A DNA stretch of 64,000 bases from Minisyncoccota bacterium (GCA_028711065.1 JAQTSY010000003.1:65136-129135); one strand, 5' to 3'; shown: positions 26,524 through 36,710, counted from the stretch's first letter. Numbers and translations are program-made. The notes: generated from the letters alone by a model not told the origin.

Positions 26524-26901
26524 TTATGCTTTTGGTGTCTCTGCAGGAGTTTCAGCCTTTTCAGCTTTTTCTTCAGCCTTAGGAACCTCTTTCACAGCTT
26601 CAACAGACTTTTCTTCTTTCTTAATCGGAGATTTCTTTGGAAGCACGTTTCGTTTCTTTCCGGTAATGATCTTCTGACTAATGAGAAAATTGTGCATCGT
26701 ATCTGTCGGTTCTGCACCCTGTGCAATCCAGTGCTTTACTCGCTCTGCATCCACAGTCTGTCGTTCATGGCTTCGGGCATCAAAAGAGCCGAGTACTTCA
26801 AGGTACTTTCCGCTCTTGGTAGAGTTTTTGGAATCAGTCAAAACAACCCGGAAAACCGGTTCGTGCTTGCGTCCTACTCGCTGTAATCTGATTTTTAACA
26901 C
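26524..26901 (-). CDS. rpsP: 30S ribosomal protein S16
   Basis: LKIRLQRVGRK..P.FRVV..DS, G.YLEVLG, W..QGA.P.DT; GTG start at 26901. Confidence 0.95.
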   Translation of the reverse strand: MLKIRLQRVGRKHEPVFRVVLTDSKNSTKSGKYLEVLGSFDARSHERQTVDAERVKHWIAQGAEPTDTMHNFLISQKIITGKKRNVLPKKSPIKKEEKSVEAVKEVPKAEEKAEKAETPAETPKA

Positions 26902-26980
26902 CCGAAGATAGTAGCAAAGAGTGGCTAAAAAGGCAAATAAAACAGGAGCCGCAATGAAAATTGAAGCTCCCCGTAATGAT

Positions 26981-27705
26981 TCATCCAAGAACTAGTTCTT
27001 TTGTCACATCGAGGCGTTCTTTTTCCGTCTCAACCCTTTTCCAGATTGCGCCCAGCGTTCTCCCCGTGATGATCGCGTCAAGTTCCGCACGAATCATGGC
27101 CTGTTCACCATTGTAGACGCTCACGATTCTGGGGAGGTGTTTACTCCACGCAGCTTTCACTTCTGAAGCAATACTCACGAATTCCGGATGGTTGAAACTA
27201 AAATCCCGGAGAGTGATTGCTTCAAATGCTTGCGCCTCGTGGCGTATTTCGTGCGTAACAATCTCCCCGACTAAAGGAAGAATTAACTCCTCTGGCAGGC
27301 CAGATCTCAACATCGCCACTGGGTCTCCTCCTGTCGAAAACGCATAATCCAATTCCATTACCTGCACTTGCTCAAACCATGGAATGGTAAAGAAAAGATA
27401 GGCGCTATCGACAACTTGCCCGTCCATATCGACGGGTGTCCAACAGAAACGAGCTGGTTCTGTTCCCTGAAAATTGAATGGATTCTCCTTCTTTGCGAAT
27501 GCCACCTCTTTTTTGTGATCATAGGTGGCGAAGCAATCGAGGAAAACACCGTAACTTCTCTTTCCGCGAAGGATCTCAGGGGATTCTTCGCTTGCCGTTC
27601 TGCTGTCGTTCCAAAGATGTGTGTATGGCACTTTTCGAGCATTTCAAATGCCATTTTTACGACATCAGGTCTCTCTCGCCGTGTCAGCGCAATCGCTGTC
27701 TCCAT
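26981..27705 (-). pseudogene. HExxH zincin-like orphan, apparently split by a -1 frameshift
   Basis: The SD-led ATG at 27705 is in a different frame from the 216-aa HEIRH-containing ORF 26981..27631; frames can join at GAAAAG. Confidence 0.5.
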
Positions 27706-27827
27706 GCAAAGTCTCCTTTTGTTTGTGAACGTCCCTACTGAATAAAAGCATATAATCTCAACAAACTCAATCCTATTTAATATTCGAGACCTTACAAAAT
27801 AGGTCTTTTTATGTTACAGTAACGCTC

Positions 27828-29888
27828 ATGCACAAAAAGACTCATGGCGGACACGAGAAACACGGCAAAAAGACCGATAAACCTCACTCAAAGCCTCACC
27901 ACAACAAAACTCCAATCAAAGGCCCGCTTCTGAAAGGGAGTATTTTTGTTACTGCAAAGGGGGTTGGGTATGCTGAAATAGAGGGTACTCCGGAAGGCGC
28001 GGAGGACATCGAAATCGCTCCGGAACATTTAAATACCGCCCTCAACAATGACGAAGTGGAAATCGGTCTCTTCCCTCTCGTACCCGGCAAGCGACAAGCT
28101 GGAAAAGTCGTACGGATTATAAAACGGGCGAAAAATACTTTCGTCGGCACAATTCACATAAACAAAAATACTGTTTTTCTCATTCCTGACGACAAAAAAG
28201 TCTATAAAGATATTTACATTACGGACACAGGCACCGACAAGCGGATGAAAAATAAGATGAAAGCGCAGGTAGAAATTACCGAGTGGACAGATCCGGAAAG
28301 AAATCCAAAAGGAAAAATCATAAAAATAATCGGCAAGAAGGGCGACAACGATGCGGAAATGCATTCCATCGTTCTTGAAAAAGGATTCGATACCGACTTC
28401 CCTCCTGAAGTTGAGGCTGAAGCGGAACATATCGAGAGAACTGAAAAGCCAATTCCGCAGGCAGAAATAGCAAAGCGAAAAGATTTCCGCCATACGCTTA
28501 CTTTCACTATCGACCCCGTTGATGCGAAAGATTTTGATGATGCGATTTCTTACAAGCCCCTCGAAAACGGCGATGCTGAAATCGGCGTGCATATCGCTGA
28601 TGTATCGCATTACGTGCGAGAAGGGACTGCGCTTGACCGCGAAGCGGTCAAGCGCGGGTTCTCCGTCTATCTTGTAGACCGCACTATCCCGATGCTCCCA
28701 GAAGTTCTCTCAAATGACATCTGCTCTTTGAATCCTCGCGAAGACAAACTTACTTTCTCGGCAGTTTTCGTGATCGACAAAAATGCAAAAGTAAAATCAA
28801 GCTGGTTTGGAAAAACGATCATCAATTCCGACAAACGCTTTTCATACGAGGAGGCTCAGGGGGTTATTGATAATGCTGGCTCATCCGCCGAAATTTTGCC
28901 GGGCAAAACTTTGGCGGACAAGTACGCTCCAGAACTCATCGAACTCAATCGTCTTGCAAAAATAATGCAGAAAGAAAAATTTAGTGCTGGCGCAATTGAT
29001 TTTGAGCAGACAGAAGTGAAATTCGAGCTCGATGAAACCGGAAAGCCTATTCGCGTGTACAAAAAAGAACGTCTCGACACACACAAACTCGTCGAAGAAT
29101 ACATGCTCCTTGCAAACCGAGGCGTAGCCGAATTTATTTCAAAGGCATACAAAGCTGAAGGAAAAACAAACGCTGCGATGATCTACCGCATTCACGATTT
29201 GCCAAACGCAGAAAAAATTAAAGATCTTGCAGTATTCATCAAAGCGCTCGGATACGAACTCGAAGAAAAAAACGGAGAAATCCATTCAAAAGATCTCACG
29301 AAACTTCTCACTTCCATCGAAGGAAAACCGGAAGCGGGACTCATACGAACCGCAGCAATCCGCAGTATGGCAAAGGCAGTCTATTCAACCCAGAATGTTG
29401 GACATTTCGGATTGGCGTTCAAATACTACACACACTTCACTTCTCCAATCCGCCGATATGCAGACCTTATGGTGCACCGACTTCTCGCACGGCATTTGAA
29501 CAAAGAACCGATTCAATCAGGTGAAATTGCTCGCTACCAATCTCTTGCAACTAAGAATACCGAGAGAGAAATTTCCGCCGCAGAAGCAGAGCGAGCAAGC
29601 ATTAAATACAAACAGGTTGAATTCATGCAGGACAAAGTGGGGCAAGTTTTTGACGGAATTATTTCCGGCGTGACCGAATGGGGCATCTACATCGAAGAAA
29701 AAGATACGCGATGCGAAGGAATGATTCGCCTCCGCGACCTTACCGATGACTATTACAGACTCGACCAGAAAAATTACACCCTCGTTGGAGAAAAGAAACA
29801 CAAAAAATATCGCTTGGGCGACAGCGTGAAATTCCGAGTGATGAAAGCCGATCTCGAAGCCAAAACGCTTGATTTTGCTCTTGTATAA
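27828..29888 (+). CDS. rnr: Ribonuclease R
   Basis: TIDPVDAKDFDDA, VHIADVS, GHFGLA..YTHFTSPIRRYADL, C-terminal S1 domain. Confidence 0.96.
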   Translation: MHKKTHGGHEKHGKKTDKPHSKPHHNKTPIKGPLLKGSIFVTAKGVGYAEIEGTPEGAEDIEIAPEHLNTALNNDEVEIGLFPLVPGKRQAGKVVRIIKRAKNTFVGTIHINKNTVFLIPDDKKVYKDIYITDTGTDKRMKNKMKAQVEITEWTDPERNPKGKIIKIIGKKGDNDAEMHSIVLEKGFDTDFPPEVEAEAEHIERTEKPIPQAEIAKRKDFRHTLTFTIDPVDAKDFDDAISYKPLENGDAEIGVHIADVSHYVREGTALDREAVKRGFSVYLVDRTIPMLPEVLSNDICSLNPREDKLTFSAVFVIDKNAKVKSSWFGKTIINSDKRFSYEEAQGVIDNAGSSAEILPGKTLADKYAPELIELNRLAKIMQKEKFSAGAIDFEQTEVKFELDETGKPIRVYKKERLDTHKLVEEYMLLANRGVAEFISKAYKAEGKTNAAMIYRIHDLPNAEKIKDLAVFIKALGYELEEKNGEIHSKDLTKLLTSIEGKPEAGLIRTAAIRSMAKAVYSTQNVGHFGLAFKYYTHFTSPIRRYADLMVHRLLARHLNKEPIQSGEIARYQSLATKNTEREISAAEAERASIKYKQVEFMQDKVGQVFDGIISGVTEWGIYIEEKDTRCEGMIRLRDLTDDYYRLDQKNYTLVGEKKHKKYRLGDSVKFRVMKADLEAKTLDFALV
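28884..28918. repeat. Palindromic element in frame inside rnr
   Basis: TCCGCCGAAATTTTGCC G GGCAAAACTTTGGCGGA; encodes SAEILPGKTLAD. Confidence 0.75.
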
Positions 29889-29946
29889 GGTAAGGTAAAG
29901 ATAGAAACTTTGTGCTCGACAAACCGAAACCCGGAGGATTGGAAAC

Positions 29947-30336
29947 ATGAGCGACGCTTTACTTGCTGAAATTCCAGTCCTCGTCGAGGATTTGGAATCT
30001 CTTATCGGGAGAAATCCGACTCTGCCCGCGCAATGTCAATTCCGTGTTGAAGACATCGGGAAAGAGATTCGTACGACTCTCGAAAAGGATGGACGGCGCG
30101 CAATTGAACATATCCCCGTTCTCTTAGACGAGATGTGCTCTCACGCACTCGCGTGTCTCCAATGTAATGGAGAAGGGTTCGGGGAAGTTGGACAAAAACG
30201 AAGGAGAATCATCGAGATCCTCGTGAAAGCATCCTGCGAAGGGAAAGATACAGAAAATGTGTACTTCTTTCTCTATCGAGCCTGCGGATGGACGCAAACA
30301 CAGATCATCGAACTCTGCTTCAAAAGGAAAGGTTGA
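29947..30336 (+). CDS. Hypothetical protein
   Basis: SD GGAGG, 129-aa ORF, followed by a CCCGCC..GGCGGG hairpin. Confidence 0.6.
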   Translation: MSDALLAEIPVLVEDLESLIGRNPTLPAQCQFRVEDIGKEIRTTLEKDGRRAIEHIPVLLDEMCSHALACLQCNGEGFGEVGQKRRRIIEILVKASCEGKDTENVYFFLYRACGWTQTQIIELCFKRKG

Positions 30337-30364
30337 ACTACCCCGCCCCACCAAGGCGGGTGTT

Positions 30365-30565
30365 TTATTGTAGATTTGTAATAGAATTCAACTGACTAAG
30401 ATACGATGGGATTACAAAAACAAGACCAATGAGAGGCAGAACAATTACCGCGATGGTAATGATCGCTGTCCACATAATATATTTCCGAGTCTTTTCAACC
30501 GACTTATAAATCGCGTCAATTTTCACATCTTGTTCCTGTAATTTTTTTAGAATTTCTTGTTCCAC
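30365..30565 (-). CDS. Small single-TM protein
   Basis: KIDAIYKSVEKTRKY plus a hydrophobic helix. Confidence 0.7.
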   Translation of the reverse strand: MEQEILKKLQEQDVKIDAIYKSVEKTRKYIMWTAIITIAVIVLPLIGLVFVIPSYLSQLNSITNLQ

Positions 30566-30599
30566 CCCTCAATTCTACCACATAGTTCGCCTTAGCGAA

Positions 30600-32171
30600 C
30601 TAGTATGTCTCATCGCGTTTTTCCTTCAGGAATGAAAGAAATCCATCTGACGTAGCGAGCACGAGTTTAAATGGCACTTCAATAAGGAAATCAAGTACGA
30701 ACACAAAGACATTGATCGAAGCGAATTTTACGGAAAGCCATCGGCCTATTCTCACAATTGGAAGAGTAAAGAGATTCCACAAAAGCGCAATGGTCCCCTC
30801 TTCTTCATCCCTGATTCGCCATCTCTCGGCGTTGTAACGGATACGCAAACCAAAATAGCTGACGAAAGTAAGGAAAAGAAGGAAAAGCAGAATGCTGACA
30901 AAATTGAATCCCAAAGATATGAGAATCCAGAGAATAATTCCGAAACTCACAAGAAACAATACTCCGTATAAAATGAAAAAGGTGAAATTAAGAAGAATGC
31001 CTGACGAAGACGGCTTTACATACATTTTTTTCACGTCGCCTGTGTATAGAACCGAGTGAATTCCTTCTGTGATCTTTTTCGTATTTTTGTCGCCCAGAGG
31101 CTTGATGCCCCGAGTCATGAGAAAGAGGAGAAAAGGATGGAAGAGAATATTCGTCACCAAGGCAACATAATTTATGAAATGAATATAGAAAATTTCGTAC
31201 GGCAATTCAAGAAAAAATGCCAAAATGATTTTCGTGCAAAACACATACACGATCGCCCGCTTCCCGCTTTTCTTGATTCTTTCATTTTCCTTCTTATTTT
31301 TTTTCTCTAGAACCGTTTTAATGTTTTCGTCGAGGTGATGCGTATCTGCAAAAACTTGTTCGGTTTCCGCCCCATATTTATCAACGATCTCTTTCAAAAC
31401 AGAGAAATAGAGAGCTTGATTTCGGATTTTTGACTGGATTTGAAAACGAATCGGATCTTCAAGCTCAAGAATGATATTTTTGATGAGCACGAAAAAATCC
31501 ACGTTCATCTTTCGCAGATCTTCTTCGCTCGAAATGGTCGCCCACTCCGGCACAGATTTGAGCCATAGAGAATAGAAAATGGTCGGGTCGTCGTCCTGAA
31601 GAAGGAGACGTCTGCAAGCGATATAGACCTGCCGCCCAAATTGGATGTTGGAAAGTTCTCCGGAATATTTTATTGCATTTTTTATGCTTCCATAGAAAGC
31701 TTCGACAAGAAGAGTATCGTTCGGCCGAGGAAATAAGAAGAGATCAATTTCGCTTGCGGCGAGATTAATGAGCCGGCTTTTCAATTTCAAATTTCGAAGA
31801 AGCTTCGAACCGATATGTTTTTTGACAACCAAAAATCGATTCAAAATTCTCTGAATATCTTTCGCCACGTCTTCCCCAACCCGGTCGTTCGGCAAATATC
31901 CCCCGCTCACAAGTTCCTCCAAAAGAGAGAGGCCGATATTATTATCGATTTCGATCATCACTTTTCTCCGGATGATCCTCTCGATCGCACTTCTTCGGAT
32001 CGTATGCTCCTCTTTATAGTCGACGAAATAGCGTATCTTTTCGTAGAAAGCGCCAGCTTTACCGGTAAGCTTATTTACTCGTATCAAAGCGTCCTCCGGC
32101 CCAGAAATGGGGCCTTTTGAGGACTTATGCTTCAAATCATCAACAAGTTTTTGGATAACAGGTGAAAGCAT
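30600..32171 (-). CDS. Hypothetical polytopic membrane protein
   Basis: Long ORF; YEKIR..DYKEEH.IRR.AIERI and C-terminal TM helices; start at MLSPVI avoids overlap with queD. Confidence 0.75.
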   Translation of the reverse strand: MLSPVIQKLVDDLKHKSSKGPISGPEDALIRVNKLTGKAGAFYEKIRYFVDYKEEHTIRRSAIERIIRRKVMIEIDNNIGLSLLEELVSGGYLPNDRVGEDVAKDIQRILNRFLVVKKHIGSKLLRNLKLKSRLINLAASEIDLFLFPRPNDTLLVEAFYGSIKNAIKYSGELSNIQFGRQVYIACRRLLLQDDDPTIFYSLWLKSVPEWATISSEEDLRKMNVDFFVLIKNIILELEDPIRFQIQSKIRNQALYFSVLKEIVDKYGAETEQVFADTHHLDENIKTVLEKKNKKENERIKKSGKRAIVYVFCTKIILAFFLELPYEIFYIHFINYVALVTNILFHPFLLFLMTRGIKPLGDKNTKKITEGIHSVLYTGDVKKMYVKPSSSGILLNFTFFILYGVLFLVSFGIILWILISLGFNFVSILLFLLFLTFVSYFGLRIRYNAERWRIRDEEEGTIALLWNLFTLPIVRIGRWLSVKFASINVFVFVLDFLIEVPFKLVLATSDGFLSFLKEKRDETY

Positions 32172-32285
32172 ACAAGCGCAGATTCTAGCCGATTTTGGGC
32201 CTAAAAGCCATCTTTTTTTGTTGCAAAGATCGTAGAGAAAAGCTAGTCTGGAATTCGGCTTAGCACAAACAAAAGGAGGCTCAAG

Positions 32286-32663
32286 ATGCCGAATACGACA
32301 ATCGGAAAGACATTCACATTTGAGGCTGCCCACCAGCTTCCGGATTACAAGGGTAAATGCGCACGTCTCCACGGGCATTCGTACAAACTCTCCGTCTCAG
32401 TTTCCGGAGAGAAACAAGAGGACGGGCCCCACAAGGGGATGATCATTGATCTGGTCGTCCTATCGGAAATCGTCCATGCCGAGATCATAGACAAGTGGGA
32501 CCATCAACCGCTTCATGAGATCTTGTCATTTACGACAACGGTTGAGATGCTCGCCGAAGAAATCTTCCGGCTGTTGGATGGAAAACTCCCATCCGGAGTT
32601 GTGCTTGAAGAAGTGGTCCTCTTCGAAACAGCCACTTGCTGGGCAAAGACCACACGCTTATGA
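32286..32663 (+). CDS. queD: 6-carboxytetrahydropterin synthase (QueD/PTPS)
   Basis: FEAAHQLP.Y.GKCARLHGHSY, G.IIDL, DH, T.E..A, ET; SD AAAGGAGG. Confidence 0.9.
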   Translation: MPNTTIGKTFTFEAAHQLPDYKGKCARLHGHSYKLSVSVSGEKQEDGPHKGMIIDLVVLSEIVHAEIIDKWDHQPLHEILSFTTTVEMLAEEIFRLLDGKLPSGVVLEEVVLFETATCWAKTTRL

Positions 32664-32735
32664 AATTTCAAAAACAAGACGACCCTCAAAGGTCGTTTTT
32701 TATTGCCTATCTATTCTGTAGAAATAAAGTGAAAT

Positions 32736-35000
32736 TTATTTCGCCACCTGAGCAGCCTCTTCAAACGCAATAGAAAGGAGTTTTGAGATACCGTCGGAAC
32801 CCATCGTGATTCCATAAAGAATTCCAGCGCGGGACATTGTCTCGCGATTGTGAGTGATGAGAATGAGCTGGGAATATTTTGAAAGATTTTCGATCATATC
32901 TCCATATTTTTTTGAATTTGCTTCGTCAAGCGCCGCATCTGTCTCATCGAGAATAATAAACGGAGGAGGGTTCACCTGGGAGACTGCGAAAATAAGAGCA
33001 ATGGATGTGAGCGCTCTCTCGCCCCCCGAGAGCATTGCCAGCCCTTTTGTCTTCTTTCGGGGGAGACTCACGGAAATATCAATTCCTTCTTTCCCCTCTT
33101 CTTCTTCGCCCATTTCTTCCGGCATCTCTCCCATTCCTTCGAGATCCAAATCAGTGAGAGCTTTTTTCTTTTTTGTCTCGCGAACCACCTCAAGCGCCGC
33201 CGTCCCGCCTCCAAACATAAGCGCGAAAAATTCTTGGAATTGCTTGTTTATTTTTAAAACTCCTTCTTTGAATTCGATATCAAGACGCTGTTCAAGCTCT
33301 TTAATGAGGATTTCGAGCGATGCAGAGGACTTTCTAAGGTCTTCGAGCTCACGGGTCAAAAATGCTTCGCGTTCGGATACTTCGCGAAATTCTTTCATAA
33401 TATCATCCGCTCCGCCTCCACCCGCGTCTTCGAGACGCACTTTAATTTTCTCAATTCTCTTTCGGCGTTCTTGCTGTCCCGTTCTGTCAGTCTCAAGCGC
33501 CTCTCCCTGTATTTTGAAATTTTCGTACTCCACAATTGCCCGCCCCACAAGATGCCCAGCTTCCCCGAGCTCGCGTTTAAAATCTTCTTCATCATGATGA
33601 TACAACTCTTCCCGCACCTTAAGTACGCTAAGCTCCCCATGAATCTGATTCTGTTCAGCCATGATCTTGAAAATCGCTTTCTCGGCATCCCGGCTCGAAT
33701 CTTTTTCCTTTTCAATGTCATTTTTGAGCGTTTCGTAAGCTTTGTGATACCCCGCTTCTTCCTTTTTGTCTTTTTCGATCTCTGCTTCGATGCCCTTCTT
33801 TTCAGAATTCAGCCGTGTTAATTCAGCCTCGGCATCTTCAATTTCTTTCGGCGCACCTCCTTGTTTTTTGTCTGAAATAAATCGAGCGAAAATATCTCGA
33901 ATACTTTTCAAAACTTCCCTTATTTTGGAAAAATCTTCGCTCCCTTCAGCAATTTTGAGAGATTCGCCCACTCGTTTTTCGAGCTCTTCGACATCTTTGA
34001 GATGCACCAATTTCTCATCAGCACTCCCGAGCGCATGTTTAGCTTTCTCACGGCGCCTCTCTTCGGCAGAAATATTTCCTTCAAGTCGTCCAAGAGAACG
34101 AGAAAGAACATCCAGATTCTCCCGAACAATCCTAATCTTTCCTTCAAGCGAGATAAGCTCATTACTTTTCTCATCTTTATTACCAGATTTCGCAAGAACC
34201 GTTCTTGCGAGAGAAAGTTCCTTTTCGAGTTTTGCCAAAGCTTCAGTCGGACCCCTCTTCGCATCTCCCAAAGTCTTTTTTTCGTGTTTCAAATAGGCAT
34301 CTTCTCGTCTAAAATATTCGAGATAGAGATTCGTAAGCTCATCTTTCATCACAAGCGCTTTCTCCACCTTTTCCACCTGTTTTTTTAAAAAAGTGAGGTG
34401 CGGAGTAATTTCTCGGCGAAGCGATTCGACTGATTTAATGTTTTCTTCTGTCTTCTCAAGTTTCCGCTCGCTTTCTGCTCTTTTGTATTGATAAATTTTG
34501 AGCCCCAGCGCATCCTCCACCATCTCCCGCCTTTCTCTCAAGTTTGCATTCAAAATTCTGTCAGCCTCTCCTTGGGAGATGATGTGGTGCCCAGATGAGC
34601 CGATATGCGCCTTCGCAAGAAGTTCGATGATGTCTTTGAGGCGCACAGATGAGCCGTTGATGAGATATTCGTTCACTCCGTCCCGATGAACCACCCGTTC
34701 GATCGAAACATCATCAAAATCAATATCCAAAACACGTTTCCGATTATCGAAAACCACTTTTACGCTGGCGCGATTCTGCCGCCCCGCATCTTTTGTGCCG
34801 TTAAAAATGAGATCCTCCCCGCGCTTTCCGCGCATTGATTTGATAGACTGCTCGCCCAAGACAAACCGAAAAGCTTCCGCAATATTTGATTTCCCAGAGC
34901 CGTTGGGACCCACAATAGAGGCAATCGGAGAATTGAAATCCAGCGTGCTTTTTTTCCCGAAAGATTTGAATCCGGAAATCTCGAGACTCTTTAAATACAT
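32736..35000 (-). CDS. smc: SMC-family ATPase (short, no recognisable hinge)
   Basis: GFKSF, GPNGSGKSN, IISQG, LSGGE, LDETDAALD, ITHN; downstream of rnc. Confidence 0.9.
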   Translation of the reverse strand: MYLKSLEISGFKSFGKKSTLDFNSPIASIVGPNGSGKSNIAEAFRFVLGEQSIKSMRGKRGEDLIFNGTKDAGRQNRASVKVVFDNRKRVLDIDFDDVSIERVVHRDGVNEYLINGSSVRLKDIIELLAKAHIGSSGHHIISQGEADRILNANLRERREMVEDALGLKIYQYKRAESERKLEKTEENIKSVESLRREITPHLTFLKKQVEKVEKALVMKDELTNLYLEYFRREDAYLKHEKKTLGDAKRGPTEALAKLEKELSLARTVLAKSGNKDEKSNELISLEGKIRIVRENLDVLSRSLGRLEGNISAEERRREKAKHALGSADEKLVHLKDVEELEKRVGESLKIAEGSEDFSKIREVLKSIRDIFARFISDKKQGGAPKEIEDAEAELTRLNSEKKGIEAEIEKDKKEEAGYHKAYETLKNDIEKEKDSSRDAEKAIFKIMAEQNQIHGELSVLKVREELYHHDEEDFKRELGEAGHLVGRAIVEYENFKIQGEALETDRTGQQERRKRIEKIKVRLEDAGGGGADDIMKEFREVSEREAFLTRELEDLRKSSASLEILIKELEQRLDIEFKEGVLKINKQFQEFFALMFGGGTAALEVVRETKKKKALTDLDLEGMGEMPEEMGEEEEGKEGIDISVSLPRKKTKGLAMLSGGERALTSIALIFAVSQVNPPPFIILDETDAALDEANSKKYGDMIENLSKYSQLILITHNRETMSRAGILYGITMGSDGISKLLSIAFEEAAQVAK

Positions 35001-35117
35001 AGGAAATACTGTAACATTTTTTCAGGCCACTTGAAAGATTTATTTTTGACTTTATCCGACTCCCTTCTCCGAAGGTCGCTGGATAAGTGTCGAATTGAAG
35101 CAAGCTTCAATTCTCCC

Positions 35118-35804
35118 TTACCATCCATTCGATTCAAGCGCTTTTTCCGCAGCTTTTTGTTCAGCTTCCTGTTTTGATTTCCCTTCTCCCTCCGCGAGAC
35201 ATGCTTCGTTGAGATATACGCCAATGAGGAAATGTTTGTCGTGATCTGGTCCCGATTCTCGAATTGTTTTGTATGCAGGCGTGACTCCTGTTTTTTCTTG
35301 CGCCAATTCCTGAAAACGGCTTTTTGCATCAATCCATGCGCCTTGGGCCACGATCGAATCAATGAGGCCGAAAATATTTTCTGAAATAAATTGCTTTGCA
35401 ACTTCGTAGCCTTGGTCAATATAAATTGCTCCAATGACAGATTCCATCGTGTCAGCAAGAATTGATTGTCGCGCTCGGCCAGTATCTCTCGCTTCACCTT
35501 TTGAAAGAAGAAGGTAGTCGTTGAAACCTAGGGACTCTGCCACACCAGAAAGGGTTACCGCATTTACAAGCGATGCTCTGTAAGAGGTAAGATCGCCCTC
35601 TTGGTTGTCTGGATATTTGTGATAGAGATACTCGGTCACGATGAGTTCGAGCACCGCGTCGCCCAAAAATTCGAGCCGTTCGTTGTGAGCCATTTTCAAT
35701 CCTCGATTTTCATTCAAATAGGAACGATGAATAAAAGCTTGTTTGAGAAGCTCTTTGTTTTGAAATGTCACTCCGATCTTTTTTTCAAATACGCCTAAAT
35801 CCAT
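35118..35804 (-). CDS. rnc: Ribonuclease III
   Basis: HNERLEFLGDAVL, dsRBD GPDHDK..G.GKSK.EAEQ.AA. Confidence 0.98.
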   Translation of the reverse strand: MDLGVFEKKIGVTFQNKELLKQAFIHRSYLNENRGLKMAHNERLEFLGDAVLELIVTEYLYHKYPDNQEGDLTSYRASLVNAVTLSGVAESLGFNDYLLLSKGEARDTGRARQSILADTMESVIGAIYIDQGYEVAKQFISENIFGLIDSIVAQGAWIDAKSRFQELAQEKTGVTPAYKTIRESGPDHDKHFLIGVYLNEACLAEGEGKSKQEAEQKAAEKALESNGW

Positions 35805-35807
35805 ATA

Positions 35808-36710
35808 TTATTTTGCTTTCAGCAAAATGTTCACCGCTTTGGTAATAATTGGTACGAGATCATCGTAGAGCGTGAGCTCGCCGATTTTTTCGAGGGGAAA
35901 CCACTTTGCATCATCCAGTCCGCCAAGTTTTTGGAGTTTTAATTGTTCAAACGGAGAAGTACATTCTGCAAGGAAATAAACAACTGATTTTCTGATCTTT
36001 TTCTTCTCTTTGTTGTAGGTAATGTAGGAATTCTCTCCAAGCTTTTCTTTGATATCAATATCAACTCCCATTTCTTCTTTTATTTCACGACAAGTTGCTT
36101 TTTCATCGTCCTCGCCTGATTCAAGTTTACCTTTTGAAAGCGTCCAGTGCTTGAAAATGTCGTGGACAAATGCGAGATACATCTGCTTCCCCTTTTTCAT
36201 ATAGACGACCGCTCCGCCAAGCTTCTCAATCGGCGCTTTATCATCCGGCACCTCATCTTTTTTCTTTTTTGATGTCTCGTCTTTTCCAGGTTCTCCAAGT
36301 TCTTTGTAAACCGCTCCTAAAACTCCGTTTACAAATTTGCCTGACGTCTCTCCGCCAAATGTTTTTGCAAGCTCGATCGATTCGTTGATAGCAACTTTCG
36401 CTGGGACCTCGCCTCGGTCTGAAAAGAGAAGTTCGTACAAGCCGATGCGGAGAATATTTCTATCCACAATCGAGATCTTGTCTATTGGCCAGTCTGGGGC
36501 AGCTTTTTCGATGATCGCGTCAATATCTTTTTTCTTTTCGAGAATGTGTTGGGTCAGAGATTTCATAAATGAAAAATCTCCCATCCCAGGAGCAAATTCT
36601 TCGGCATTTCTTTCGAGCACGGCAGATGCATCAGAGGCAGGGAGGCTTCTGAAATCCATTTCAAACATGGACTGCATCACTATACTTCTGGAAAGGTGCC
36701 TATTGGCCAT
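35808..36710 (-). CDS. nusB: NusB fused to a C-terminal Nudix domain
   Basis: [31 protein letters not shown]; Nudix box [23 protein letters not shown]. Confidence 0.92.
   Translation of the reverse strand: MANRHLSRSIVMQSMFEMDFRSLPASDASAVLERNAEEFAPGMGDFSFMKSLTQHILEKKKDIDAIIEKAAPDWPIDKISIVDRNILRIGLYELLFSDRGEVPAKVAINESIELAKTFGGETSGKFVNGVLGAVYKELGEPGKDETSKKKKDEVPDDKAPIEKLGGAVVYMKKGKQMYLAFVHDIFKHWTLSKGKLESGEDDEKATCREIKEEMGVDIDIKEKLGENSYITYNKEKKKIRKSVVYFLAECTSPFEQLKLQKLGGLDDAKWFPLEKIGELTLYDDLVPIITKAVNILLKAK

Noticed and set aside
32172-32285. preQ1 riboswitch before queD
   Set aside because: I could not find the stem-loop plus A-rich tail consensus
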